Positions 18,321 to 27,516 of a DNA stretch of 64,000 nucleotides are shown one piece after another. The stretch comes from Bacteroidales bacterium (lineage in GTDB: Bacteria; Bacteroidota; Bacteroidia; Bacteroidales; VadinHA17). A model generated the notes under the pieces. It worked only from the letters and a program-made list of their open reading frames with translations. It searched no databases and had not been told where the DNA came from. Location: NCBI GenBank assembly GCA_036261255.1, contig DATALD010000051.1, forward strand, positions 2,575 through 66,574, given 5' to 3'. The position numbers and the translations under genes are program-made. Position 1 is the first letter of the stretch. Every line of letters begins with the position of its first letter.

Positions 18321-21300
18321 TCAGTCAATCCACCTCAACAAATAGAAATCCTGTTTATGAGGAAGATCTGGGTGTTTTGGATAAATTCTTATTCCATAGT
18401 AAAAGGAACCGGCCTTCTCAGGAATAAGTCTCACCCTATAGAGGCACTTTCCGTTTTTTGAACTTACCATTTTAAAATCTTCGCTGGCAACAAACTCATG
18501 ATCACCCCTTTTGCCAAGTTTTGTAATGAGGAATTCAACACCAACATTCTCTTTCGGGATGTCATGAATATCAAGCGCTATCTCAGCTCTGTAATCATGC
18601 CCTGATTTGTATACATTATCATTTGTCTTCTCAAAGCTGTAGTTAATAACTTCAATATTGTCCCAGTTATCAATCATCGATTGTTTCCAGGCTGCCAGTT
18701 CTTTTGCCTTTGCGAAATCATCAGCAACAAGATACTTATAGCGTTTGTGCAGTTTTAGATAGTATTTTTCAAAATAATCATCTATCATTCTTTTCATTGT
18801 GAATTCCGGGGCAATCTTAACCATTGTATTCTTCACATGGCTTATCCATTCTACCGGAACACCTTCATCATTATATGAGTAATATGCCGGGATGATTTCA
18901 TATTCAAGCATATTATAGATAGTCTCGGCATCTATATCATCCTGAAGATCCTGGTTTTCGAAAGTGCGTTTTTTTGGAAGCGCCCAGCCGGCAAAAGCTC
19001 TGTAGCCTTCAACCCACCAGCCATCGAGAACACTGAAGTGGATAGTTCCGTTCATTACTGCCTTTTCGCCGCTTGTACCTGAAGCTTCAAGAGGCCTGGT
19101 AGGCGTGTTAAGCCAAATATCGACACCACGGGTAAGGTATTTTGCAAGTTCAATATCATAATTCTCGAGGAAAATGATTTTGCCGGTGAATTGTGGCATC
19201 TGTGATATTTCATATATGCGCTTTATGAGGTCCTTTCCTCCCCCATCGTTAGGATGAGCTTTACCGGCGTAGATAAACTGTACCGGTTTTTGTGGGTTGT
19301 TGACGATCCTTGCAAGCCTGTCAATATCCCTGAACAACAGATCGGCCCTCTTATATGTTGCAAAACGTCGTGCAAAGCCAATGGTAAGGGCTTTTTCATC
19401 GAGATGATTACTGATATTCAAAAGGGTTCTCGGGCTGACATGCTTTTCAATCATTTCTGACTGGAGTCTCTTCCTGATATTTGCAAACAAGCTCTTCTTA
19501 AGCCCTCTTTTTATATCATAAATTTCTTTATCGTTAAGGGAATATAATTTTTCCCATAAAGAACGATTTGCCTGGTTGAAGTTTTTGTCACCCGTTATTC
19601 TCCTGTAAACTTCACGCCATTCGGGTGCGGTCCATGTTGGATGATGGACACCGTTAGTAACATAGCCTATGAAAAGTTCTTCGCGAAGATACCCCGGCCA
19701 AAGTTTGTTGAACATTCCCTGGCTCACTTTTCCATGAAGTTTGCTAACGCCGTTTAGCTCCTGTGACATCCGTGCTGCAAGGTAGCTCATGTTAAATTTC
19801 CTGTCACTATCGCCCTGGCATTGTCCAAGGGCCATGAGCTCATTCCATGAGATAGAAAGCCTGTTATGATAATGTGAAATATATTTTCGTAGGAGATCTT
19901 CCTCGAAAGAATCATGGCCTGCAGGTACGGGAGTATGGGTAGTAAAGAGGGTTGATGATCTTATTGCCTCAAGAGCCTGGCTGAAAGTAAGATGATTGTC
20001 ATTGATTAGTATTCTCATCCGTTCGAGGCTGATGAAGGCAGAATGTCCTTCGTTGCTGTGATATATATCCGGATTGATGCCAAGCGCTTCAAGCGCCCTG
20101 ATGCCTCCTATTCCAAGCACAAGCTCCTGTCTCAGCCTGTTCTCATTATCGCCGCCATAGAGATAGTGAGTCACAGTCCTGTCTTCAGGAAGATTATCCT
20201 CTGAATCAGTATCAAGCAATATCAATTTAACCTTCCCGATATGTGCTTCCCACACCCTTATCTTGATCGTCCTTCCGGGCCATGTGAGGCTAACTGAGAG
20301 ATTGTTACCATCCTGATCTTTAACAGGAATAATTGGTAACCTTGAGAAGTCTTCGGGTTCGTATACACTTATCTGTTCTCCTTTTGTTCCTATTTTCTGG
20401 GTAAAATATCCATACCTGTAAAGGAGACCAACTCCTGTAATATTCAGGTTTGAATCACTAGCTTCCTTCAGGTAATCGCCTGCAAGGATGCCAAGCCCTC
20501 CGGAATAAATTTTAAGGCATGGATGTATACCGAACTCCATGCTGAAATATGCCACTGATGGCAAATCTTTGTTTTCCGGTCTTTTTATATATTGACTGTA
20601 GAGGTCCCATATTCTTTTTAACTCGGTTACAAAGTCTTCATCATCCTCAAGAACAAGAAGACGTTTATAATCAATTTTCTCAAGTAGAGTTTTAGGGTTA
20701 TGCTTAACAGAATCCCAGAGGGAAGGATCCATGCTCCTGAACAGGTCTTCTGCTTCTGAGTTCCAAGACCACCAGAGGTTGTTTGCAAGCTCACTCAGGA
20801 ATGACAATTTTTCAGGGACATCGCTCTGAACATAAATGTCTTTCCACACCGGCACCTGGTGAGGTTTGCGGAAGCTAATCCCTGTTGATTCAACCAGAGT
20901 CACAAATTCACGAGGTTCTGCTCTCCGGTCTTCTGAATGTTCAAGAGCTATTTCATACGCTTTAAAATAATGATCAACAAGAGTATCCCAGAGCGCTATT
21001 CTTGATACCTCATGAGCCTTCGTTCTTGCCTGCTGTACATCATCGAAGCTCAGGCCTGTGAAGGAGCTTATCACATTGCTGATTTCCAAAACTACCTCTT
21101 GTTCATTATCATCAGTCCTGCCAACAACTTCTATCCCATTGCCAGGGTTCTCGAAATAATTTCTTACCCATAGCCCCATTCCAGCAAGTGAAGTAGTGAT
21201 TGTTGGAATAGAAAACATAAGACTTTCAAGAGGAGTATAACCCCAGGGTTCATAGTAAGAAGGGAAGACTGAGATGTCGAATCCAATTAAGAGATCAAAG

Positions 21301-22544
21301 TATGGAATATTGAAAATCCCGTCATTCCCATTGAGGTATGAAGGCACAAAGACAAGCTTAATCTTTGAATCGCGGCTGTTAGTAATATTATTTGCGGCTG
21401 CCCGGAGAAGTACAGGATCAGTTTGGGGGTAGTGTAGATTATGTGTAAGAAAAGGATCTCCCTTATTCACTGAATCTTTGTTGTTTAAACTCTCGATTAT
21501 ATCCTGGCGGGGTCCTTTATGATAAGCAGGGACCAGGATAAATGCAACACAGTCCTTTTTGACTTTTCCAGCCCTTTGCAGCTCTCCAAGAGTATCAATA
21601 AAAATGTCAATCCCTTTGTTCCTGAATTCATACCTGCCGCTTGTAACAATAAAAACGCTGTCCTCGGGGATATCATAACCCAGCACAGCACCGGCAACAT
21701 TTCTGAGTTTTGTTCTTGCGATGTGTCTCACCCCGGCAAATCTCTCGGGGGATGGAACGAAAGAGTCCTCGAAGCCATTTGGTGTAACAATGTCAACATC
21801 TTTGCCAAGAAAATGGCTGCATTCCCTTGATGTTATCTCACTTACAGTTGTGAACACATCAGCTTCGTGAGCAGAAATCTTTTCAAGCGATTGTTTTGCA
21901 ACAACATTAAACTCCCTGGCAACCTGAACAGGATTATAACCTTCCATTTTCCCATACAGGGGGCGGTTGTTCCCTGCAATACATCGCCCCAGTACTGTGG
22001 CATGCGAAGTAAAAGATGTTGCTATCCATGGGGCATACTTTTTTAGGTAAAGAATACCTGTGCCAGTCATCCATTCGTGGAACTGGGCAATTATATTATG
22101 ATGTTCATGATAGAAAGTCGTAAAGCTTTCAATCAGCTTTCCTGCTGAATAGCCGAAAAGTGCTGGTTCGATATAATCCCACTGACCAGAAATACTATCG
22201 AGTTTGTATGTTTCCCAGAACTTGGCAAATATGTCGTTCTGTTGACCAAAATAAGGAGTAAAATCAATAAGTATTACAATAGGCCGTCCGGCAATGTTCC
22301 ATCGACCGGTTTTTACCCTGAGTCCCTCGGCTGCAGCTTTTTCTTTCCACTCGGCAAAGAGATTATCATCCTGGATAAATTCCGGGTTTACTACATCTTC
22401 ACGCCACACATCCGGGCCTATAAGGATGAAATTATCTTTAAGTTCATGAATTATGTTCAGAGCTTTTGTTGAGATAACAGTGTGAATACCGCCAACTTTG
22501 TTACAAACTTCCCAGCTGGTTTCAAAAAGAAATTCGACCTTCAT
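18321..22544 (-). CDS. Fusion protein: GT3-type glycogen synthase (N-terminal ~555 aa) + GT35 alpha-glucan phosphorylase with DUF3417-like lead-in (C-terminal ~850 aa)
   Basis: One uninterrupted 1407-aa ORF. The N-terminus, FETSWEVCNKVGGIHTVISTKA, is the GT3 glycogen synthase signature. The C-terminal part has LWWSWN..LF..DP.LW (DUF3417-like), SGGLGILAGDYLKEASD and the PLP-lysine block EASGTSGEKAVMNG. Confidence 0.9.
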   Translation of the reverse strand: MKVEFLFETSWEVCNKVGGIHTVISTKALNIIHELKDNFILIGPDVWREDVVNPEFIQDDNLFAEWKEKAAAEGLRVKTGRWNIAGRPIVILIDFTPYFGQQNDIFAKFWETYKLDSISGQWDYIEPALFGYSAGKLIESFTTFYHEHHNIIAQFHEWMTGTGILYLKKYAPWIATSFTSHATVLGRCIAGNNRPLYGKMEGYNPVQVAREFNVVAKQSLEKISAHEADVFTTVSEITSRECSHFLGKDVDIVTPNGFEDSFVPSPERFAGVRHIARTKLRNVAGAVLGYDIPEDSVFIVTSGRYEFRNKGIDIFIDTLGELQRAGKVKKDCVAFILVPAYHKGPRQDIIESLNNKDSVNKGDPFLTHNLHYPQTDPVLLRAAANNITNSRDSKIKLVFVPSYLNGNDGIFNIPYFDLLIGFDISVFPSYYEPWGYTPLESLMFSIPTITTSLAGMGLWVRNYFENPGNGIEVVGRTDDNEQEVVLEISNVISSFTGLSFDDVQQARTKAHEVSRIALWDTLVDHYFKAYEIALEHSEDRRAEPREFVTLVESTGISFRKPHQVPVWKDIYVQSDVPEKLSFLSELANNLWWSWNSEAEDLFRSMDPSLWDSVKHNPKTLLEKIDYKRLLVLEDDEDFVTELKRIWDLYSQYIKRPENKDLPSVAYFSMEFGIHPCLKIYSGGLGILAGDYLKEASDSNLNITGVGLLYRYGYFTQKIGTKGEQISVYEPEDFSRLPIIPVKDQDGNNLSVSLTWPGRTIKIRVWEAHIGKVKLILLDTDSEDNLPEDRTVTHYLYGGDNENRLRQELVLGIGGIRALEALGINPDIYHSNEGHSAFISLERMRILINDNHLTFSQALEAIRSSTLFTTHTPVPAGHDSFEEDLLRKYISHYHNRLSISWNELMALGQCQGDSDRKFNMSYLAARMSQELNGVSKLHGKVSQGMFNKLWPGYLREELFIGYVTNGVHHPTWTAPEWREVYRRITGDKNFNQANRSLWEKLYSLNDKEIYDIKRGLKKSLFANIRKRLQSEMIEKHVSPRTLLNISNHLDEKALTIGFARRFATYKRADLLFRDIDRLARIVNNPQKPVQFIYAGKAHPNDGGGKDLIKRIYEISQMPQFTGKIIFLENYDIELAKYLTRGVDIWLNTPTRPLEASGTSGEKAVMNGTIHFSVLDGWWVEGYRAFAGWALPKKRTFENQDLQDDIDAETIYNMLEYEIIPAYYSYNDEGVPVEWISHVKNTMVKIAPEFTMKRMIDDYFEKYYLKLHKRYKYLVADDFAKAKELAAWKQSMIDNWDNIEVINYSFEKTNDNVYKSGHDYRAEIALDIHDIPKENVGVEFLITKLGKRGDHEFVASEDFKMVSSKNGKCLYRVRLIPEKAGSFYYGIRIYPKHPDLPHKQDFYLLRWID

Positions 22545-22562
22545 CTTAAACTTTAGTTACTA

Positions 22563-24092
22563 TTATTTTTTTGTTTTTTTATTTTTTGCCGCTGAGCTTT
22601 TGACACTTTTAGTTCCGGTATCTTCATGTTCAAACCCAACTTCAGATAATTCAAAAATATCGTCATCAATTATTGATTTGGCAGAGCTTCTATTCTCCTT
22701 CTTTTCCTTCGGTGTTTTATTTTCAGCTGATTTCTTTTTATTTGTTTTTTTTGTAGTGTTTTTCGATGGTGACAGTCTTGTTATTTTCCTGTTAAGCTTT
22801 TCTATTTCAGCAGCTTGCTTGCTTATTACCATATCTTTCTCAATGATCTCTGCGCCCATTTTATATAACTGATCCTGTTCATGAGTATCGGGGAAGTATT
22901 TGCTAAGCCTTATCTCAAAGTCGCTAAGTACATTCATAAAGTTCATGAAGGCATCGTAGGGGGTTTCATAAGGATTGAAGTAAGCATGTACTGCGCCATC
23001 AGAGAAAAACTTTGTGGCCATATAATAAAAATGATCACTGGCTTGCAGGTATTGCCAGTCTTTTTTAACCTGGTCATCAGTGCATTTGTCGACTTTTTCA
23101 GCAAGGCTGTAAAGTTTATCGAGGGCAGAGATCTGTAGTTCATTTCCCTGCCACGCAGTCAGGTCTCTTTCTTCATCGGCCCAGGAAATTGGAGAATGGA
23201 TTCCGATAGCAGAAACAGGTTGAAGCATATCAGCAATTTCTGAAGGAGTCATAAAACGGAATGGGGTTTTCCTGATAATGGCGCCAGGCAGATGTTCGAG
23301 AAAATCAAATATGCCGGTTTCTTCTGCGTTATGTTCGCCGAAAGTTTCGTAATCGAGAAATATATTCAGGAGTTCGCTTTTAGGAGCAAGCTTGCTGATC
23401 CATGTGGCATATTTATCGGCTGTTAATGGCCATTCATTCCATGTCCTGTTAGAAAACCTGAATGCAATATCATCGCTCAGAACAAAATTTCTCAGAAGTA
23501 CTTTAAGTCTTGGATTAATAAGGTTACAATAAAGAAAATTCGGGCTCTTCCATCCCAGGACATGTTTTGCTCCTTCAGTAAGCATTGCCTTGAACCCCAT
23601 ATCTGCAACCCATGCTCCTATCTCGTCAGAATAAATCAGTTCAGTGTTCCTGAAAGATTTAGCATCAACTCCAATGTAATTTTGAAGCATCTCCTTGTGT
23701 TGTACAACCTGTTTCTCAAATTCATTACGTGACTTGAGTGAAGCCAGAGAATGAGAGTTTGTCTCTGCAAGGAATTCAACCATGCCCGTTTCTGCGAGCT
23801 TCCTGAAGGATTCAAGGACGTCAGGAGCATAAAGTCTGAACTGGTTAATAACAAGCCCGGTAACTGAAAATGTAACTTTGAATTTACCTTTATGTTTATT
23901 CAGCAGACTGAGCAATACCTTGTTTGCAGGAAGGTAACATCTGTCTGCAACTTTCCTAAGAATTGATTCATTTGAATAATCATCATAATAGTAATGATCA
24001 TTGCCAATGTCGAAAAACCTGTACCTTTTAAGACGAAAAGGCTGGTGAACCTGGAAACACAGACAGATAGCCTTTTTATTGGAAATACTCAT
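22563..24092 (-). CDS. Glycoside hydrolase family 57 protein with ~105-aa coiled-coil/Lys-rich C-terminal tail
   Basis: ICLCFQVHQPFRLKRY.., YLPAN, FLAETNSHSLA and DYETFGEH are GH57-like blocks. The tail runs from about residue 405 (..KKTNKKKSAENKTPKEKKE..AAKNKKTKK). Confidence 0.85.
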   Translation of the reverse strand: MSISNKKAICLCFQVHQPFRLKRYRFFDIGNDHYYYDDYSNESILRKVADRCYLPANKVLLSLLNKHKGKFKVTFSVTGLVINQFRLYAPDVLESFRKLAETGMVEFLAETNSHSLASLKSRNEFEKQVVQHKEMLQNYIGVDAKSFRNTELIYSDEIGAWVADMGFKAMLTEGAKHVLGWKSPNFLYCNLINPRLKVLLRNFVLSDDIAFRFSNRTWNEWPLTADKYATWISKLAPKSELLNIFLDYETFGEHNAEETGIFDFLEHLPGAIIRKTPFRFMTPSEIADMLQPVSAIGIHSPISWADEERDLTAWQGNELQISALDKLYSLAEKVDKCTDDQVKKDWQYLQASDHFYYMATKFFSDGAVHAYFNPYETPYDAFMNFMNVLSDFEIRLSKYFPDTHEQDQLYKMGAEIIEKDMVISKQAAEIEKLNRKITRLSPSKNTTKKTNKKKSAENKTPKEKKENRSSAKSIIDDDIFELSEVGFEHEDTGTKSVKSSAAKNKKTKK

Positions 24093-24095
24093 ATC

Positions 24096-25394
24096 CTAAA
24101 CCTTTATTTTTTCTAATACACTGTAATAAATATCACGCACATGTCGAGCCGAATTATCCCATTTAAGCCTGATTACTTCCTCTTTACCATTGATAATAAA
24201 CATGTTGGCAAGAGCAGGATAATTGAGGATACCGTAAATAGCATCTGCCATGGCATCGATATCCCAAAAGTCAGTTTTAACAGCATGGGTCAGAATTTCT
24301 GCAACCCCCGATTGTTTGCTTATAATAACAGGGACATTCGATTGCATGGCTTCAAGTGGGGAAATGCCAAATGGTTCAGACACAGAGGGCATAATGTAAA
24401 CATCACTCATATAGAGCATTGAAAAAACATCTGCTCCCCTGAGAAACCCGGTAAAATGAAACCTGTCGGTGATTTTAAGAGCTGCTGCTCTCCTCATCAT
24501 CCTTTCCATCATATCACCGGAACCAGCCATCACGAATCTGACATTCTTCATTTTCTTTAGAACTTTATTCGCCGCTTCGATGAAATATTCAGGACCTTTC
24601 TGCATTGTTATCCTGCCAAGGAAGGTCACTACTTTTTCATCGAAGCCCTTTCGTACCATCATACTTTCTGATAAGCCTACACGGTCAACAGCATTATAAA
24701 CTGTTTCTACCTTTGCAGGATCAATATTATATTTATGTATAACAATATCGCGGGTAAGATTGCTCACTGTAATGATTTTCGCGGCAGCATCCATTCCTCG
24801 TTTTTCAATCCTGTAAACATCGGGGTTAACATTCCCTCCGCTCCTGTCGAAATCGGTGGCATGCACATGGATCACAAGAGGTTTTCCTGATACTTCCATA
24901 GCAGCAATACCGGCAGGATATGCAAGCCAGTCGTGGGCGTGAATGATTTCAAAATCGTTTTCTTCCGCAATTAAAGAGGCAACAACAGCATATTTCTCAA
25001 TCTCTTTCATCAGGTTCTGATCATATTTCCCTGAAAAGTCGATTGTGCCTTTATCGTTCACCTCAATAAACATGTTCCTTCCTGATTTTTCTTTTCGAGT
25101 AACCTTCCAGAAATTTTCAGGGTCGGTATATGGAATTATTTTAGATGATACTTCAATTTTTTCAAAAGATCTCCTAAATCCTTTATAGTATATTTTTTTA
25201 TATGCAACAGGTATCTGGTTAGCGCCTATAAGCCGTACAGTGGTTTCATCCTCGTCGCCCCATATTTTGGGAACAACAAAGATGACATCCACATCGTCAA
25301 GTGTGGCCATACCTTTTGTCAATCCATAACTGGCTGTACCCAATCCGCCGGAAATATGAGGCGGAAACTCCCATCCGAACATTAAAACACGCAT
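24096..25394 (-). CDS. Glycosyltransferase family 4 (GT-B, glycogen-synthase-like)
   Basis: MRVLMFGWEFPPHISGGLGTA.., HAHDW and C-terminal PSVSEPFGISPLEAM (E-x7-E region). I chose the ATG at 25394 because the track start at 25436 would overlap the upstream gene. Confidence 0.8.
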   Translation of the reverse strand: MRVLMFGWEFPPHISGGLGTASYGLTKGMATLDDVDVIFVVPKIWGDEDETTVRLIGANQIPVAYKKIYYKGFRRSFEKIEVSSKIIPYTDPENFWKVTRKEKSGRNMFIEVNDKGTIDFSGKYDQNLMKEIEKYAVVASLIAEENDFEIIHAHDWLAYPAGIAAMEVSGKPLVIHVHATDFDRSGGNVNPDVYRIEKRGMDAAAKIITVSNLTRDIVIHKYNIDPAKVETVYNAVDRVGLSESMMVRKGFDEKVVTFLGRITMQKGPEYFIEAANKVLKKMKNVRFVMAGSGDMMERMMRRAAALKITDRFHFTGFLRGADVFSMLYMSDVYIMPSVSEPFGISPLEAMQSNVPVIISKQSGVAEILTHAVKTDFWDIDAMADAIYGILNYPALANMFIINGKEEVIRLKWDNSARHVRDIYYSVLEKIKV

Positions 25395-25401
25395 ACCACA
25401 G

Positions 25402-27369
25402 CTATTGATTAGAATATTGAGTTTCAAGTATTTCAATTATACGTAAAATTTCTCCTACACTCCATGCCTGTGATATTGCGCCCCTGGGAAAGTGAGGAGG
25501 GTCACCATCGTAAATTTCGGAGATTGTTGTAATGCCATGTTCATTCATCACCTCCTCCATCCCATAAATAAGGTTTTTCACCCTTTGAACACCCTGTTTC
25601 CCATAGACTTTGAGCCAGCCTTCACAGAATGGACCAAAGAGCCATGGCCACACTGTTCCCTGGTGATAGGCAGAATCGCGTTCCTCCTGGTTTCCTTTGC
25701 ATACTCCTTTATAAAGACTGTTTCTTGGTGAAAGTGTTCTTAATCCCCTGACTGTGACAAGGTCCTTATCTGCTACATCGAGTACCTTTTTCATCTGTTC
25801 CTTATTGAGCATTGAATAAGGCAACGATGTAGCAATCAACATATTAGGTCGGATGAAGAAATTCTTTCCTTCTTCATCGTTTACATAGTCGGCCAGGTAT
25901 CCTCTTTCGTCGCTCCAGAAGAGTTCAAGGAATGATTTCATTATCAATTCCGGAAGTTTCCCGAATTCTTTTACAAATTTTCTGTCATTTGCTTTACCTG
26001 CCATATCGAGTGCAAAACAGACAGCATTATACCAGAGAGCATTGATTTCGACATCGTATCCGCTTCGCTGTGTTACAGGCACACCATCAACAACGGCATC
26101 CATCCAGGTAAGGGCTTTGCCAGGTGCGTCGGCATATATAAGTCCATTTTCTCTCATGTGGATGTTGAACATCGTACCTTTTGTGAATGAAGAAATAACA
26201 GATTTAGCGGCTTCTCCGTAAATTTCCCAGCAGTCGGTTCCTCCATGCAATATGAATTGCTGCAACGACCAGAAGAACCAGAGGGGAGCATCCAATGAAT
26301 TAAAAGCTGGGTTTTCTTCATCTCCCATGTTTGGAAACATGCCATTCTTCATTCTTGCCACCTGTGTATCCAAGACCTGTCTGTAAAGTATCTGGACATG
26401 CCTGGCGAGCGCCAATCCGGGTAGCGAAATAAACGTATCTCGTCCCCATGCTCCAAACCATGGATATCCTGCAATAATAAGGACTTTACCTGCACGTTTT
26501 TCAACGAACTGCTGGGCAGCATTCCGAAGGCAATTTTTGAAATTGTCCCTTGGTATCTTAGTTGATATTGTCTTTGTAAACTTTGGTTTGAATCCTGCAG
26601 GCTTTTCTTCGCGTGTTGAAGCAGAGAATACTATAACATCGTTCTTTTTTGCCTTAAACTCAAAGAAACCGGGCGTGAAAAGGTCTTCGCGGTAATCATA
26701 ACCTCTTTTTTGTTCCTCTGTATATTCAATCCCAAGGTACCAGTCTGGAACGGCGATGAAATCATTTTTACACGATAATTGAAGATTCAGGTAAGGAAAA
26801 CCTTCATACATCTTTGCTCTTATTCCATTTGTTACCGGTTCAACTTTTGTGTTGGCATTAAGATTAGAATGAGTAAGTTGATGAATATTCCTGAACGCAA
26901 GAAAAGGCCTCACCTGAATCTTCATAGGTTCAGATGCTTCGAGAATTGTAAACCTGATAAGGAATTGCTCCTCATAATGAACCATTAATCTTTCCTGCTT
27001 AAGGATAACATTCCCAACCCTGTAAATTCTTGACGTATCGGAAAGAAAATCCTCAATATATTTATGACCTTTAGGACTGAAATGGTCATCACCATATTTT
27101 CTTATTCCAATATTGAAACTCTTCTCTTTATTCTGAATGATGACATCCATTGAGGACAGTAATACATATCTCTCTCCCCCAAACTGGTCTATTGGGCAAA
27201 CCAGAAGCCCATGATATTTCCTTGTATTACAGTCGACAATAGTTGTTGAGTAATAGGAACCAGCCCTGTTTGTCCTTAAAACTTCCCTTGAAAGAGAGTA
27301 CTCAAGATTAACAATCTGATTCTTGTCGAACTTAATATAAGCCATAAGATTACTGTTTTCCTTGATCAA
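25402..27369 (-). CDS. Glycogen debranching enzyme family protein (amylo-alpha-1,6-glucosidase domain)
   Basis: 655 aa. N-terminal RKYHGLLV, then GYPWFGAWGRDTFISLPGL and a C-terminal (alpha/alpha)6-like block ..YHQGTVWPWL.G.F.. Confidence 0.85.
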   Translation of the reverse strand: MIKENSNLMAYIKFDKNQIVNLEYSLSREVLRTNRAGSYYSTTIVDCNTRKYHGLLVCPIDQFGGERYVLLSSMDVIIQNKEKSFNIGIRKYGDDHFSPKGHKYIEDFLSDTSRIYRVGNVILKQERLMVHYEEQFLIRFTILEASEPMKIQVRPFLAFRNIHQLTHSNLNANTKVEPVTNGIRAKMYEGFPYLNLQLSCKNDFIAVPDWYLGIEYTEEQKRGYDYREDLFTPGFFEFKAKKNDVIVFSASTREEKPAGFKPKFTKTISTKIPRDNFKNCLRNAAQQFVEKRAGKVLIIAGYPWFGAWGRDTFISLPGLALARHVQILYRQVLDTQVARMKNGMFPNMGDEENPAFNSLDAPLWFFWSLQQFILHGGTDCWEIYGEAAKSVISSFTKGTMFNIHMRENGLIYADAPGKALTWMDAVVDGVPVTQRSGYDVEINALWYNAVCFALDMAGKANDRKFVKEFGKLPELIMKSFLELFWSDERGYLADYVNDEEGKNFFIRPNMLIATSLPYSMLNKEQMKKVLDVADKDLVTVRGLRTLSPRNSLYKGVCKGNQEERDSAYHQGTVWPWLFGPFCEGWLKVYGKQGVQRVKNLIYGMEEVMNEHGITTISEIYDGDPPHFPRGAISQAWSVGEILRIIEILETQYSNQ

Positions 27370-27468
27370 AATTCTAAGATACTATAATTAATAATGTCAT
27401 GCAAAACAATCATAACGTAATGAGAGCTAATAAATTTAAAACAACATGTGGTCACATTAAAAAAAGAA

Positions 27469-27476
27469 TAACTTTG
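27469..27476 (+). promoter_or_regulatory. Candidate -7 box (TAACTTTG) for the TlpA-like gene pair
   Basis: TAACTTTGCAA matches TAnnTTTG, about 40 nt upstream of the ATG at 27517. Confidence 0.35.
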
Positions 27477-27516
27477 CAATTCATAATTCAAATACTAACA
27501 TCTAAATACCTTGACA

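Noticed and set aside
20800-20960. The synthase-phosphorylase junction as a possible frameshift or assembly join of two genes.
   Set aside because: The reading frame is continuous, with ordinary linker sequence (..HSEDRRAEPREFVTLVESTGISFRKPHQVPVW..) and no stop or homopolymer run at the junction. It is kept as a true fusion in this sequence, pending read-level confirmation.
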